Shown: positions 19,201 through 28,936 of the stretch, piece by piece
Numbering within the stretch: position 1 is the stretch's first letter
Layout: every line of letters begins with the position of its first letter
Assembly: GCA_040219255.1 (NCBI GenBank)
Contig: JAVJSW010000008.1
Location: 45,344-109,343, forward strand
DNA from: Sumerlaeia bacterium
Lineage (GTDB): Bacteria > Sumerlaeota > Sumerlaeia > SLMS01 > JAHLLQ01
Direction of reading: 5' to 3'
DNA length: 64,000 bases
Program-made: the position numbers and the translations under genes
Notes under the pieces: generated by a model
Told to the model about the DNA's origin: nothing
The model's input: only the letters and a program-made list of their open reading frames with translations
Database searches by the model: none

Positions 19201-19905
19201 TCAGTAGTCGGACCATCCGGGAATGCCGGCCTGAGGCGTGAACTCGATCTCGAGGACCGGGCGTCCCGAAGCGGCCTCGGCGGAAGCGATGCTGCGCGCC
19301 GTCCCGTTGGTTCCTTCGGCGGTGGAGATGAGAATCCAGCCGTTGTTCGCGCCCGGATTGTCGATCCAGTCCTGCAGATCGGCCACCATTCCGGCGCCGA
19401 TGAAGACGACCGGACCGATGGAGCCGCCGAAATTCGTCGTGGCGCTGGCCGTGGTGGCGAAGTCTCCGCCGCCGGTTGTCCAGGCGAGGCTGTTATGAAC
19501 GCGGCTGTTCCAGGACGTGGAACCGTTTTCGACGGTGCCGCCCCCGCCGGTGGAGGCGCCCGTACCCGGCACCCAGGAGGCGGTGATAGGGTGAAGGCCG
19601 AAATCGCTGTTTACGGAGCCGGTCTGGGGAACGCGGTCGATTTCGAGGCGCAGAGTGGCCGAGGTAATGGTCGCGCCGGAGTCGATGGCGCTGAGGTCGA
19701 ACTGGAACAAGGCGCGCCGAAGGCCCGAGCCATTGCGGATACGGCCGGAGAATACCGACGTCCCGGCGCCCCCGTTGCTGTCCGGCGCGTCGTCGAAGAT
19801 TGCCGTGTCCTGTGCGCTGGCGGGTCCGGTCAGGGTCAATAGGTCGGCAATGGCAACCGCCGGGAGAAGGGCTGCCGCGGCGAGGAGGGATACGGTGTAC
19901 TTCAT
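19201..19905 (-). CDS. Secreted DNRLRE/CBM96-like domain protein
   Basis: Signal peptide, QDTAI..D.P..N, RRALFQFDLS, ITSATLRL, NNGWIL, RPVLEI; ends AGIPGWSDY. Confidence 0.75.
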   Translation of the reverse strand: MKYTVSLLAAAALLPAVAIADLLTLTGPASAQDTAIFDDAPDSNGGAGTSVFSGRIRNGSGLRRALFQFDLSAIDSGATITSATLRLEIDRVPQTGSVNSDFGLHPITASWVPGTGASTGGGGTVENGSTSWNSRVHNSLAWTTGGGDFATTASATTNFGGSIGPVVFIGAGMVADLQDWIDNPGANNGWILISTAEGTNGTARSIASAEAASGRPVLEIEFTPQAGIPGWSDY

Positions 19906-20130
19906 AGAGAACCTTTGTTGAATATGGGAGTGGAAACGTGTCGATGCGTTTGCTTCAGATATGAAATATCCAATGAAGCCGCTGATTTCCAGTCTAATTC
20001 CTGGACAGTCCGCTGGCGGACGAAAGGTTTCGATCCGGCAAAAATGGGGGGTGGTGGCGTGACACGCGCGGCTGCCCGCCGCCGGGTTGGGACGGCAGCA
20101 TCGGGCGACGCGGCTGGGAGGGCTCGGGAT

Positions 20131-20832
20131 TTACTGGAAGACGAAGAATTCGACGCGGCGGTTGCGGGCCCAGGTTTCGGGCGACGGTTCGGCGTCGAAG
20201 TCCAGGGGCATCATTTCCCCGTAGCTGACGGTTTCCAGGCGGTCGGGCGCGATGCCGCGCTCGATCAGGTATTGACGGACCGCCATGGCGCGACGGCTGC
20301 CGAGGGCAAGGTTGTATTCTTCGGTGCCGCGCTCGTCGGTGTGACCGCGGACGATGACCCGCATATCGAGCAGGCGGCCGAGAAAGTCGACGTGAAGATC
20401 GAGGATTTGACGCGCTTCGTCCGTCAGGTCGGAATTGTCGAATTCGAAGTAAACCATCGGCAGTTCCGGCACTTCGACGCCCAGAGGATGCACTTCGCGG
20501 TCGAGCGCGACTTCGGTGGTCAGACCGGTGGGCGGGTCGATCGTGGCCTTGGCCACGGAGCGCACCACATTGGAGGAGTCGCGCCGGGGAACCGGCAGGG
20601 GCTTGGGCGGTTCGGGAATGATTTCGACGGTGGGGCTGCTGAGGCGATCGGGGGCGGGGGGGCCGAAGGTGACGCGTTGGAGTGCGGGCTCCGCGCTGGC
20701 CGAGGGTTGGGCCGGCGGGAGGGGTTGGGCGATTTGTGCATGAATGGGCTTCTTGCCACAACCGGCGGCGAAAGCCGCCAGGACTAATGTGGCCGAGCCG
20801 GCCGCGATGAAGGTGCGAATCCGTCGAGACAT
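20131..20832 (-). CDS. OmpA-family peptidoglycan-associated lipoprotein (Pal-like paralog 2)
   Basis: Lipobox AAG-C, YFEFDNS, GHTDERGTEEYNLALGSRRA, SYGE and NRRVEF. Confidence 0.88.
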   Translation of the reverse strand: MSRRIRTFIAAGSATLVLAAFAAGCGKKPIHAQIAQPLPPAQPSASAEPALQRVTFGPPAPDRLSSPTVEIIPEPPKPLPVPRRDSSNVVRSVAKATIDPPTGLTTEVALDREVHPLGVEVPELPMVYFEFDNSDLTDEARQILDLHVDFLGRLLDMRVIVRGHTDERGTEEYNLALGSRRAMAVRQYLIERGIAPDRLETVSYGEMMPLDFDAEPSPETWARNRRVEFFVFQ

Positions 20833-20974
20833 CACGCGGGCGTGCTCCCTGGCAGAAGATCGAGAAGAGAGCGTTGGGGGGCGAATGGGAGGGGAGTAAG
20901 GAAGCGGGCTCGATGGACAGCCGTGCACCGGATGGCGACGGGGGAAGCCCGATCGAGCCCGCGATATTCAACGA

Positions 20975-21709
20975 TTAGTAGGCAGCGGCTGTTTCCGGAG
21001 CCGGTTCGTAAACCAGGAACATCGCGCGGCGATTGAGGTTATGACCCTGTTCGCCCCCCTCGAAGGTCAGGGGACGCATTTTGCCGTAGCTGATGGTCGA
21101 GATGCGCTCGGGAGCGACGCCTTGACCGACCAGGTATTCGCGGACGGTGTCGGCGCGGCGCTGGCCGAGGGCGATGTTGTACTCTTCCGTGCCGCGTTCG
21201 TCGCAGTGGCCTTCGACCTGAACGTGGACGAAGGGATTACTGCCGAGCCAAGTGGCGTGGCGATCGAGGGTCTGCTGCCACTCGGGCTTGATGTCGGCCT
21301 GATCGTACTCGAAATGGACCATTTCCAGGTCGGCGATTTCCATGGCGGCGCCGACGTTGGAGGTGTCGGCGTTGTTGAGGATGGAACCGGTGGCTTCATC
21401 GGTGCTCATGGCGTCGAGACCGCCGTCAGAGGTGCTGGCGACGACCTGGATGCCGTTGCCGCTGGCGGGCGGGGCGCCATCGGGAGACCAGGCGTTGCGA
21501 CGCGGCGCGGAGGTTTCCGCGGCGGGCTCGTAGGTCACTTCGACGGGGGCGATGTCTTCTTCGATCAGAGAGTTGACCGGCGGGTTGTGCTCGGGATGAG
21601 CGGTCATCTTGCTCTTTTTCTTGGAGCAACCGGTGGCGGAGACGGCCACCAGGACAAGAACGGCGGCGACGAGGGGGAGACGGGTCAGGGTGATGGGGCT
21701 GCGGAACAT
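20975..21709 (-). CDS. pal: Peptidoglycan-associated lipoprotein Pal
   Basis: Lipobox ATG-C, HFEYD, EGHCDERGTEEYNIALGQRRA, SYGK and NRRA. Confidence 0.88.
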   Translation of the reverse strand: MFRSPITLTRLPLVAAVLVLVAVSATGCSKKKSKMTAHPEHNPPVNSLIEEDIAPVEVTYEPAAETSAPRRNAWSPDGAPPASGNGIQVVASTSDGGLDAMSTDEATGSILNNADTSNVGAAMEIADLEMVHFEYDQADIKPEWQQTLDRHATWLGSNPFVHVQVEGHCDERGTEEYNIALGQRRADTVREYLVGQGVAPERISTISYGKMRPLTFEGGEQGHNLNRRAMFLVYEPAPETAAAY

Positions 21710-21936
21710 GGGAAAAGGACCTCCTGGGAGCGGGTAACGGGAACGCAGCGTTGTCGGCTGTGTGTTGGTTCGCCGATGGGAGTTCGCGAGGAATCTCCCG
21801 CAGCACTCGGCGATTTCCAGCGAGTCCTAGAAAGGTGGGGAACACCGCATCAAGAACTTTCTGGATTTCTTTTTAGAAAAACGCGATGGCCCGGGTCTTG
21901 CACGACCGGCGGCCACTTCCCCCAGGAGCCCTCCGC

Positions 21937-23406
21937 TTGCCCCCTCAGACCGCTTCCCTGCTCCAAGGTTTTCTGATCGTTTTCGCCGTGGTCTTCGTCG
22001 CCGGCATCACCATCGCCACGGCTTTTCGAATCCTGGAGGTGAAGAAGGACCCGACGGACGCGCTGACCTGGATCTTCGCGGCCTTTATGTTTCCGCTGCT
22101 AGGATCGGTGGCGTTCTTTGTGATGGGCGACCCGATCGTTCGCAAGACCATGCGGCGCCTTCGCCAGGACCACATCCGCCGCCGCGATCTTCCCAATCCG
22201 AAGGTCGAGGAGTACGACGGGTTTTTCGAATTCCCCCAGTTGCTGACGCGCTTGGGGGCTTTTCCTTCCACCTTTGGAAACGACATCCACGTTTTCAGCG
22301 AGTGCATCGACACCTATCGCGCCATGCTGCGCGACCTGCGCAAAGCGGAGCAGGAGATCTGCTTCGAGTTCTACACCGTGCGCGACGATGCCACCGGGAT
22401 GGTTTTCCTGCGCGAGTTGGTGCGCAAGGCGCGCGAGGGCGTGCGGGTGTATTTTCTCTACGACGCGATGGGCTCGGGGTCGCTCAAGAAGCGCACTCTG
22501 GAACGTCTCGAGCGCGAAGGCATCGTCGTGGTGCCGTTTATGGAGTTGAACCTGTTCCGCAAGCGCATCCAGATCAATTTCCGCAACCACCGCAAATTGC
22601 TCATCATCGATCGCAAGGTCGCCTACACCGGCGGCACCAACATCGGCGACGAACACCTGGGCAAGAACCGTGAGGTGGTGGATCAGGATTACTGGTTCGA
22701 TTGCCAGATTCGGATCGAAGGCCCGGCGGTGATGCAGCTCCTGGAGGAGTTCGCCGCGGATTGGGATTTCGCCACGGATTCGGGAACGAAGACGGAAGCG
22801 ATCATCCGGGACGCCAATTACCCCGGGCGAATTTTCGAGGGAAACGACCCGAAGGACACGGGCTGGCTCCAGGTGATCCACTCCGGCCCCGATCAGGTCA
22901 TCAACCACACGCGGTACGCGCTGTTCTACGCCGTGACGCACGCACGCAAGCGGCTGTGGATTTCGACGCCCTACTTCGCGCCGGATCAGGCTCTGCTGGC
23001 CGCCCTGGTGACGAGCGCCATGTCGGGCGTTGACGTTCGCATCCTGACGACGAACGACAAACCGGACATCATGCTGTCCTATTGGGCGGGACGCTATTTC
23101 TGGGAGCCGGTGCTCAAGGCGGGCGGACGCATCTTTCAATTCCAGCCGGGTATGCTCCATGCAAAGCTGTTGTTGGCCGATGAGGATCTGGCCACCGTCG
23201 GCTCGGCCAATCTGGACATCCGGAGCCTGGGTCTGAATTTCGAGCTGACGACCTGCTTCTACTCGCGGCGCGACATCGCAGAGGTGGAGGCGATTTTCGA
23301 GCGCCGCATCGGCGAGTCCATCGAGGTGGGCGAGGAGTATCTGAACCGGCCCTGGCGCACCCGTCTGAAGGAAAACCTGGCGCGCATGTTCGCGCCAATG
23401 CTGTAA
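21937..23406 (+). CDS. cls: Cardiolipin synthase
   Basis: Two N-terminal TM helices and two HKD motifs (NHRKLLIID, LHAKLLLAD); TTG at 21937 follows AGGAG (ORF-track start is 21886). Confidence 0.92.
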   Translation: MPPQTASLLQGFLIVFAVVFVAGITIATAFRILEVKKDPTDALTWIFAAFMFPLLGSVAFFVMGDPIVRKTMRRLRQDHIRRRDLPNPKVEEYDGFFEFPQLLTRLGAFPSTFGNDIHVFSECIDTYRAMLRDLRKAEQEICFEFYTVRDDATGMVFLRELVRKAREGVRVYFLYDAMGSGSLKKRTLERLEREGIVVVPFMELNLFRKRIQINFRNHRKLLIIDRKVAYTGGTNIGDEHLGKNREVVDQDYWFDCQIRIEGPAVMQLLEEFAADWDFATDSGTKTEAIIRDANYPGRIFEGNDPKDTGWLQVIHSGPDQVINHTRYALFYAVTHARKRLWISTPYFAPDQALLAALVTSAMSGVDVRILTTNDKPDIMLSYWAGRYFWEPVLKAGGRIFQFQPGMLHAKLLLADEDLATVGSANLDIRSLGLNFELTTCFYSRRDIAEVEAIFERRIGESIEVGEEYLNRPWRTRLKENLARMFAPML

Positions 23407-23419
23407 GGTAATACCGGCG

Positions 23420-23851
23420 ATGAAAGTGGGCGAAATCCAATTTCCCGTGCTGGTTTTCGACGGCGAGTGCCCGCTGTGCCGCTGGTGGGTGAACCGTTGG
23501 CGGCATCTGACTTGTGGCTCCGTGCGCTACGTGCCGTTCCAGGACCTGGGCCAGCGCGGCTTCCTGGGCGTCGCGCCGGAAGCCTTCGCCAAAGCGGTGC
23601 ACTACATCGAGTCCCCGAGGCAGATCAGCACCGGCGCGGAAGCGGCCTTCCGGCTTCTGAACGGTGTGGGGGGCTGGCGGCGGACGCCGTTGTGGCTCTA
23701 TCGGCGGGTGCCGGGGGTGGCACCCTTCTGCGAGGCGATGTACCGCCATGTGAGCCGCCACCGTCCCGCCTTGGACCGCGTGCGGAGAGCCATCGTGGGC
23801 GACCGGACGACGGTGCTGCTGCGGTGCCGATGCGGCGATGGGGAAGGATGA
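23420..23851 (+). CDS. DCC1-like thiol-disulfide oxidoreductase (DUF393)
   Basis: VLVFDGECPLC motif and Y..VSRHR. Confidence 0.85.
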   Translation: MKVGEIQFPVLVFDGECPLCRWWVNRWRHLTCGSVRYVPFQDLGQRGFLGVAPEAFAKAVHYIESPRQISTGAEAAFRLLNGVGGWRRTPLWLYRRVPGVAPFCEAMYRHVSRHRPALDRVRRAIVGDRTTVLLRCRCGDGEG

Positions 23852-23939
23852 TCTTGCCTCGCGGGCGGGTTTCGTGCAATCGGATAGGCTGAGGATGATT
23901 TCATAAGAAACCGGTACGAACCGAAAGGACCCGCGAACG

Positions 23940-24398
23940 ATGAAAAAAACCGAATACCGCCTCGGCGCCGATGCCCTCGATTGGAAGCAGCTCAATTACA
24001 TCCTGGCGGAAGTGGACGTGCTCCACAACTACGCCCAGCGCGAGCAGTTCGAGAAAATCCACCACGGCTTTTCCAGCAGCTACAAAGTCGTTTCGGCCTG
24101 GAAAGACGAAGCCATCCTGGTGGGGGCGGCCCGCATGGTCAGCGACGGCTATGTCCTGGGCGTGATCTGCGATATCGCCATCCACCCGGACCACACGGGC
24201 GAAGGCATCCGCCGCGAGATGATCCAGCGCCTGATGGAGGACGAGCGGGGCATGGCATTCGTGCTGATGGCAACCTTCGACAACGAAGAGGTTTACACCG
24301 AGTTGGGATACCGCCCGCACAAGGCGGTCTACGGCAAGTACCCCTTCAAGACCCCGTACCTGGATTACACGGTCGGCGATCCATTCGACGAATTCTGA
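23940..24398 (+). CDS. GNAT family N-acetyltransferase
   Basis: LVGAARMVSDG, DIAIHPDHTGEGI and YTELGY. Confidence 0.8.
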   Translation: MKKTEYRLGADALDWKQLNYILAEVDVLHNYAQREQFEKIHHGFSSSYKVVSAWKDEAILVGAARMVSDGYVLGVICDIAIHPDHTGEGIRREMIQRLMEDERGMAFVLMATFDNEEVYTELGYRPHKAVYGKYPFKTPYLDYTVGDPFDEF

Positions 24399-24419
24399 AG
24401 AGAAAAATCTTTCTGCGGC

Positions 24420-24447
24420 TGTAACCCGCGGAGGCGAACCGCGTAAA
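24420..24447 (+). promoter_or_regulatory. ECF sigma-type promoter
   Basis: TGTAAC-N16-CGTAAA upstream of the operon that contains the ECF sigma gene. Confidence 0.6.
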
Positions 24448-24525
24448 GAGTGGCGAAGGAAGCGGGGCCAAGGCCCGGCGCTTCCCAGACACCTGACCCT
24501 GACGCTCTTGAAGGAATTCGCCCCC

Positions 24526-25458
24526 ATGATTCGCAACGCCCGTAACGCCACCCCCCTGGCCGCCGCCGGGGCCATCGCCGCCACCCTCTTCACCGCCACA
24601 GCCTCCGCCGACATGGAAAGCCTCCTGGCTTATGTGCCCAGCCAGGCGGAAGTCGTCATCTACGTCGACGGCGACAAAATCACCGACTCGCACCTGATGA
24701 CCCTGATCCGGCAAGGCAAAGCCGGGTTCGAGATGCCGGAAAAGGAGATCGAAGCCATCAAGGCCCTGACCGGCGTGGACATCTACGAAAGCATTCACGA
24801 CATCGTTCTGGCGGCTGTGGTGGACGACGACAAAGCCTTCCTGATCGCCGTGGATGGCGATCTCGAGCAAGATCGCCTGACAGCGCTGTTGAAGTTCAAC
24901 GAGACCTACGAAGTGATCGAAGAAGGCGGCCTGACAGTGCATCACTGGGACGACGACGGCGGCAACTACGCAACGTTCGTGGACGCCGACACGCTGCTCT
25001 TCGCCAAGTCGGCGGATGTTCTCAAGCAGGCCATGACCGCCAAAGGCAAGAAATCCCAGTCGTTCCTAAGCTCGGAGACATATAAGGGCTTTGGCGGTGA
25101 ACAGAAGGAAGAAGCGGCCGCCTGGATCTCCATCACCAAACCCGGCGGCGACCTGGAGCACGTCTGGTACAGCCTTCAGCTCGACGCGATGCTGATGGAG
25201 CTTTACCTGGAAGATGAGGAATGCACGCTGACTTCGACATCGACGCTGAAGAGCGAGGAGTCGGCGGAGCTGTGGGCGGAAATGGCCCGGGGCTTTGCCT
25301 CCTTCGTCCAACTTCAGCGCTTCGCGCCGGAATTCCAGGAACTGGCGGAAGACCTGGACATCGGCGAGGCCGAAGGCCAATCCGTCGAGACGTCGCTGAC
25401 GCTGCCGACGGAGCGGGCGCTGGAGCTGTTCCAGGTCCTCGCGGACAATGCCAAGTAA
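24526..25458 (+). CDS. Secreted hypothetical protein
   Basis: AAGGA RBS, signal peptide ending ASA, host-like codon usage. Confidence 0.75.
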   Translation: MIRNARNATPLAAAGAIAATLFTATASADMESLLAYVPSQAEVVIYVDGDKITDSHLMTLIRQGKAGFEMPEKEIEAIKALTGVDIYESIHDIVLAAVVDDDKAFLIAVDGDLEQDRLTALLKFNETYEVIEEGGLTVHHWDDDGGNYATFVDADTLLFAKSADVLKQAMTAKGKKSQSFLSSETYKGFGGEQKEEAAAWISITKPGGDLEHVWYSLQLDAMLMELYLEDEECTLTSTSTLKSEESAELWAEMARGFASFVQLQRFAPEFQELAEDLDIGEAEGQSVETSLTLPTERALELFQVLADNAK

Positions 25459-26095
25459 GGCGGCCACCCTTTCGATGTCGCGGATCGACTCCATGACGAC
25501 TTCTCCCCCGCCGCAGCCCGTGATCGCGTGGAATTCGACCATCGAAGTGGCGGACGAGGACCTGGTCGAGCGGGTGTTGGCGGGGGAACGGGCCGTTTTC
25601 GAAACCCTGGTGACGCGCCACGAGCGCGGCGTTTACGCGCTGATGATGCGGATGACGCGATCGCGCGAGGACGCCGAGGACTTGACGCAGGAGGCTTTCC
25701 TGAAAGCCTTCGAGAACCTCGGGAGCTTTCGCCGGGGCGCCCGGTTCCGGCCGTGGCTCTACCGGATCGCCTCCAACGCGGCGGTTTCCACCCTGCGCAA
25801 ACGCAAGCCCCAGGCGGATTTCGATCCGGACTGGAATGCGGATCCGGCGCCTGGCGCGGACGATCTGATCGCCGAGGACGAGTTACGCGCGGTGCTGGCG
25901 GAAGCCATCGAGGCTTTGCCTGCGGCGGCGAGGGCACTGGTTCATCTGCGATACCGCGAGGAAATGGAGATTGCGGAGATCGCCGAGATTGTGGGAAAAA
26001 CGCCCAGCGCCGCGAAAGTGGCCCTGCATCGGGCGCGGGAAACTTTGAAGGCGCTGGCGGGACAACGGCTCGATCCCCGAGGAGGAACGCGATGA
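25448..26095 (+). CDS. ECF RNA polymerase sigma factor
   Basis: DAEDLTQEAFLKA, FRPWLYRIASN, region-4 EIAEIVG...KVALHRAR; true start may be 25475 or 25493. Confidence 0.92.
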   Translation: MPSKAATLSMSRIDSMTTSPPPQPVIAWNSTIEVADEDLVERVLAGERAVFETLVTRHERGVYALMMRMTRSREDAEDLTQEAFLKAFENLGSFRRGARFRPWLYRIASNAAVSTLRKRKPQADFDPDWNADPAPGADDLIAEDELRAVLAEAIEALPAAARALVHLRYREEMEIAEIAEIVGKTPSAAKVALHRARETLKALAGQRLDPRGGTR

Positions 26096-26595
26096 ACGGC
26101 TCGAACTTTGACGACAAACGCTTTGACGAGGCGATGCGCGGGGCGCTGCGGGACAGCGAGCCGGAAGCCCCGGAGTCGCTGCACGGCGGTATCATGGCGC
26201 GGCTCGAAAGCGCCGAAACCCCGCAACGGCGGCGCCTGACCCCGGTCATCATGATCGCAGCCGGTCTGGCTGCGGCGGTGCTGGCGCTCGGGATCTTACT
26301 GCGGCCTGCGCCCACGCCGGTCAGCCAGCCAACACCCTCGCCGGAAATCGCCACGGACCCGCCCCCGCCGGGACTGCCGGACTTCGACCTGCCGGCGCTG
26401 ACGGTGAAGACTCCAGAAGTCTTAGCCGGCGCGCGCGACGACATCCGCGGGACGGCGCTCCAGTTCTCGGAGAACACGGCGAGCGCCCTCCGGCTCTTCG
26501 CCGACGCTGCGAAACGGTCCTCCGCCACCCCCGCCACGCCGATCCCGGCGGAGTTCACCGGAGAGCAAATCGAAGACGAACCGGCGAGTTCTTAA
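26092..26595 (+). CDS. Putative anti-sigma factor (single TM)
   Basis: ATGA overlap with the sigma gene; AP.SL...IM..L motif, then a TM helix and a Pro-rich extracytoplasmic tail. Confidence 0.7.
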   Translation: MNGSNFDDKRFDEAMRGALRDSEPEAPESLHGGIMARLESAETPQRRRLTPVIMIAAGLAAAVLALGILLRPAPTPVSQPTPSPEIATDPPPPGLPDFDLPALTVKTPEVLAGARDDIRGTALQFSENTASALRLFADAAKRSSATPATPIPAEFTGEQIEDEPASS

Positions 26596-26597
26596 AG

Positions 26598-26743
26598 ATA
26601 GCACGGTCCGTCTCGGCCGTGGACCAACCCCTACGAGCCTACGCCCATAGTTGAGGCCAAGGCGCGGCTTTTCGATTGGCGTGGATATGAGTGAGTTTTC
26701 TGCGTCAAAGCGCTGCTGGTCATGGGCGAGACGCCCATGCTAC
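26598..26743. repeat. Inverted pair of GTAG-type REP palindromes (REPIN-like)
   Basis: ATAGCACGGTCCGTCTCGGCCGTG (26598-26621) and, on the minus strand, GTAGCATGGGCGTCTCGCCCATG (26721-26743). Confidence 0.65.
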
Positions 26744-26744
26744 C

Positions 26745-28040
26745 TTATAAATCCCGCTGATTCAGCAATTTGACAGGTTCCCTCAGCAAAGTCGGCGCCG
26801 CGAAGGCCACCGCGGGCAGGGCCACCAGCAGCACCGTCAGGCCCGCCATGGTCGCGAGGGCACTGGGCCGCGGGGCGAAGGGCTCGCCGGGGATGGTGGC
26901 GACCTGCGCGAGGGTTTCGCCGAAGGCGGCGTCGAGTTGGCCCATGACCAGCAGATAAATTCCGCCCCCGATGGCCGCCGCTACCGCCGCCATCAGCAGG
27001 CTTTGCATCAGTACCACTGCGAGCAACCGCCCTGGGCTCAGGCCCGTAGCGCGATGCAGCCCCCACACCGCGACGCGGTCGCGCATCGCGGCGCCGACAG
27101 TGGTGACGATGCCGACCGCCGCAAGGGCCAGAATCAGCGCCACCGCCACGCGCAACGCCCACTCGGCGGCCGTGACGTAGCGCACGACTTTGTCGAGATT
27201 TTCGGACGCCAGTTCGGCCCGCAGACCCATTTCGCCGATGGCAGTTTGGACGGCGAGGGCTTCCTCCGGGCCGGTGGCATCGACGTGCAGGATCTTGTAG
27301 GCGCCGGCTTTGCGCGGGGCGAATTCTTCGTTCCAGGCGGCGACGGTTTCCAGCGGCGCCGCGAGACCCACCACCAGCGGATTGCGCGTCAAGCCGACGA
27401 CCTTGCCTTTGATGGTGCGGGGTTTGCCCGCCGAGGCCAAGCCCATGGTGGAGGCGCCGAGCTCCAAATCGAAAACACGGCCGATGGCGGCGGCTTCCGA
27501 GAGCTTCGGCAGACCCGCGCCCTCCGCCAGACCAAGATTGTACAGGTCGAGAAAGTAAGCGGAAACGGCGATGGGAACAGACTCGCCGCTGTCCGGCTCC
27601 CAAGTCCAATCGGTGCCCGGCGGCAAGTCCTGCGCCACCAATTCAGGCGGCACGCCGTGAATCACCACGTCGGTCGCCAGACCGTCTCCGAGGCTGCCAA
27701 TGGTGACCGTGGCTGACGCGGGGAATTGGGCCGCCATCTGGGGATAGACGGCTTCGACGCCTTCGATGGCGCGAACCTGATCGACGATGCGATCGTCGAT
27801 GCGGCCGAAGTTGAACCGCAGGATGGAAATATCGAGGTCCGGCTGGCGGACGATGAGGCGGCTTTCGGGGAAAAGCGAGCGGATTTCGGGACGGACTTCT
27901 TCCTGAATGTAGCCCAAAATCCCGAAGACGAAAGCCGCGATGGCGGCGCTGACGGTGGCGGCGAAAACGATCAATGCCGCGCGCCCCGGCTGGGACCGCA
28001 GCTCGCTCCAGAGCAACCACCGCCACGCACTCAGTTTCAA
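26745..28040 (-). CDS. ABC transporter permease (MacB/FtsX-like)
   Basis: N-terminal TM helix, large periplasmic domain, C-terminal FtsX-type helices (R...GL.RATG). Confidence 0.75.
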   Translation of the reverse strand: MKLSAWRWLLWSELRSQPGRAALIVFAATVSAAIAAFVFGILGYIQEEVRPEIRSLFPESRLIVRQPDLDISILRFNFGRIDDRIVDQVRAIEGVEAVYPQMAAQFPASATVTIGSLGDGLATDVVIHGVPPELVAQDLPPGTDWTWEPDSGESVPIAVSAYFLDLYNLGLAEGAGLPKLSEAAAIGRVFDLELGASTMGLASAGKPRTIKGKVVGLTRNPLVVGLAAPLETVAAWNEEFAPRKAGAYKILHVDATGPEEALAVQTAIGEMGLRAELASENLDKVVRYVTAAEWALRVAVALILALAAVGIVTTVGAAMRDRVAVWGLHRATGLSPGRLLAVVLMQSLLMAAVAAAIGGGIYLLVMGQLDAAFGETLAQVATIPGEPFAPRPSALATMAGLTVLLVALPAVAFAAPTLLREPVKLLNQRDL

Positions 28041-28936
28041 GCCGGGGCGGCCTTTCGGTCGTGCAGGCGGGCGCTGTCGAGCGTGTTCGAGAGCAGCATC
28101 GCGATGGTCATGGGTCCGACGCCGCCGGGGACGGGCGTAATGCGCGAGGCGACCTGGCGGACGGCCTCGAAATCGACGTCGCCGACGAGGCGGTAGCCCT
28201 TGGCCGCGGCGGGGTCGTCGAGGCGATTGATACCCACGTCGATCACCACGGCGCCGGGCTTGACCATGTTGGCGGTCACGAATTCGCCTCGGCCAATAGC
28301 GGCCACCAGGATGTCGGCCTGGCGGCAGCGCTCGACCAGGTCACGGCTGCGGCTGTGGCAGACGGTAACGGTGGCGTCGCCGCCTTCCGCGCGGCGCATC
28401 AGGAGCAGGGCCATGGGCCGGCCGACGAGATCGCTGCGGCCGAGCACGACGGCGGAGGCACCAGCCGTCTGGACGCCGCTGCGCAGGAGCAACTCGCGCA
28501 CGCCCAATGGCGTACACGGCCAGAATCCGCCGCGCCCGGAAGACGTCATGCCGACGTTGACCGGGTGCAGCCCATCGACATCCTTCTCCGGCGTCACGTT
28601 ATCGAGCACGACCTGGACGTCCATGTGACCGGGTAGAGGAAGCTGGACCAGGATGCCGTGGATCGCGGGATCGGCGTTGAAGCGGCGGATTTCCTGAATC
28701 ACGTCGTCCTGGGATACCGAGGAGTCGAGATCGATTTGCTCGCTGTGGAAACCGGCTTCGGCACAGGCGCGCGTTTTCATACGGACGTAGGCGGCGGAGG
28801 CCACGTTGTCGCCGACGAGGAGCACGCCCAAACCGGGGCGGGGCAGGCCCTGGGCGACGCGCTGATCCACCTCGGCCTTGATTTCATCGCGAATGGCTTG
28901 GGCGATGGCTTTTCCATCGATCAATTCGGCGGTCAT
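28037..28936 (-). CDS. folD: Methylenetetrahydrofolate dehydrogenase/cyclohydrolase
   Basis: IDGK, YVRMK, GILVQLPLP, KDVDG, PCTP and TPVPGGVGPMT. Confidence 0.97.
   Translation of the reverse strand: MTAELIDGKAIAQAIRDEIKAEVDQRVAQGLPRPGLGVLLVGDNVASAAYVRMKTRACAEAGFHSEQIDLDSSVSQDDVIQEIRRFNADPAIHGILVQLPLPGHMDVQVVLDNVTPEKDVDGLHPVNVGMTSSGRGGFWPCTPLGVRELLLRSGVQTAGASAVVLGRSDLVGRPMALLLMRRAEGGDATVTVCHSRSRDLVERCRQADILVAAIGRGEFVTANMVKPGAVVIDVGINRLDDPAAAKGYRLVGDVDFEAVRQVASRITPVPGGVGPMTIAMLLSNTLDSARLHDRKAAPA

Noticed and set aside
17683-19842. 719-aa plus-strand ORF
   Set aside because: Runs antisense across purA, a lipoprotein gene, tRNA-Phe and the DNRLRE gene.
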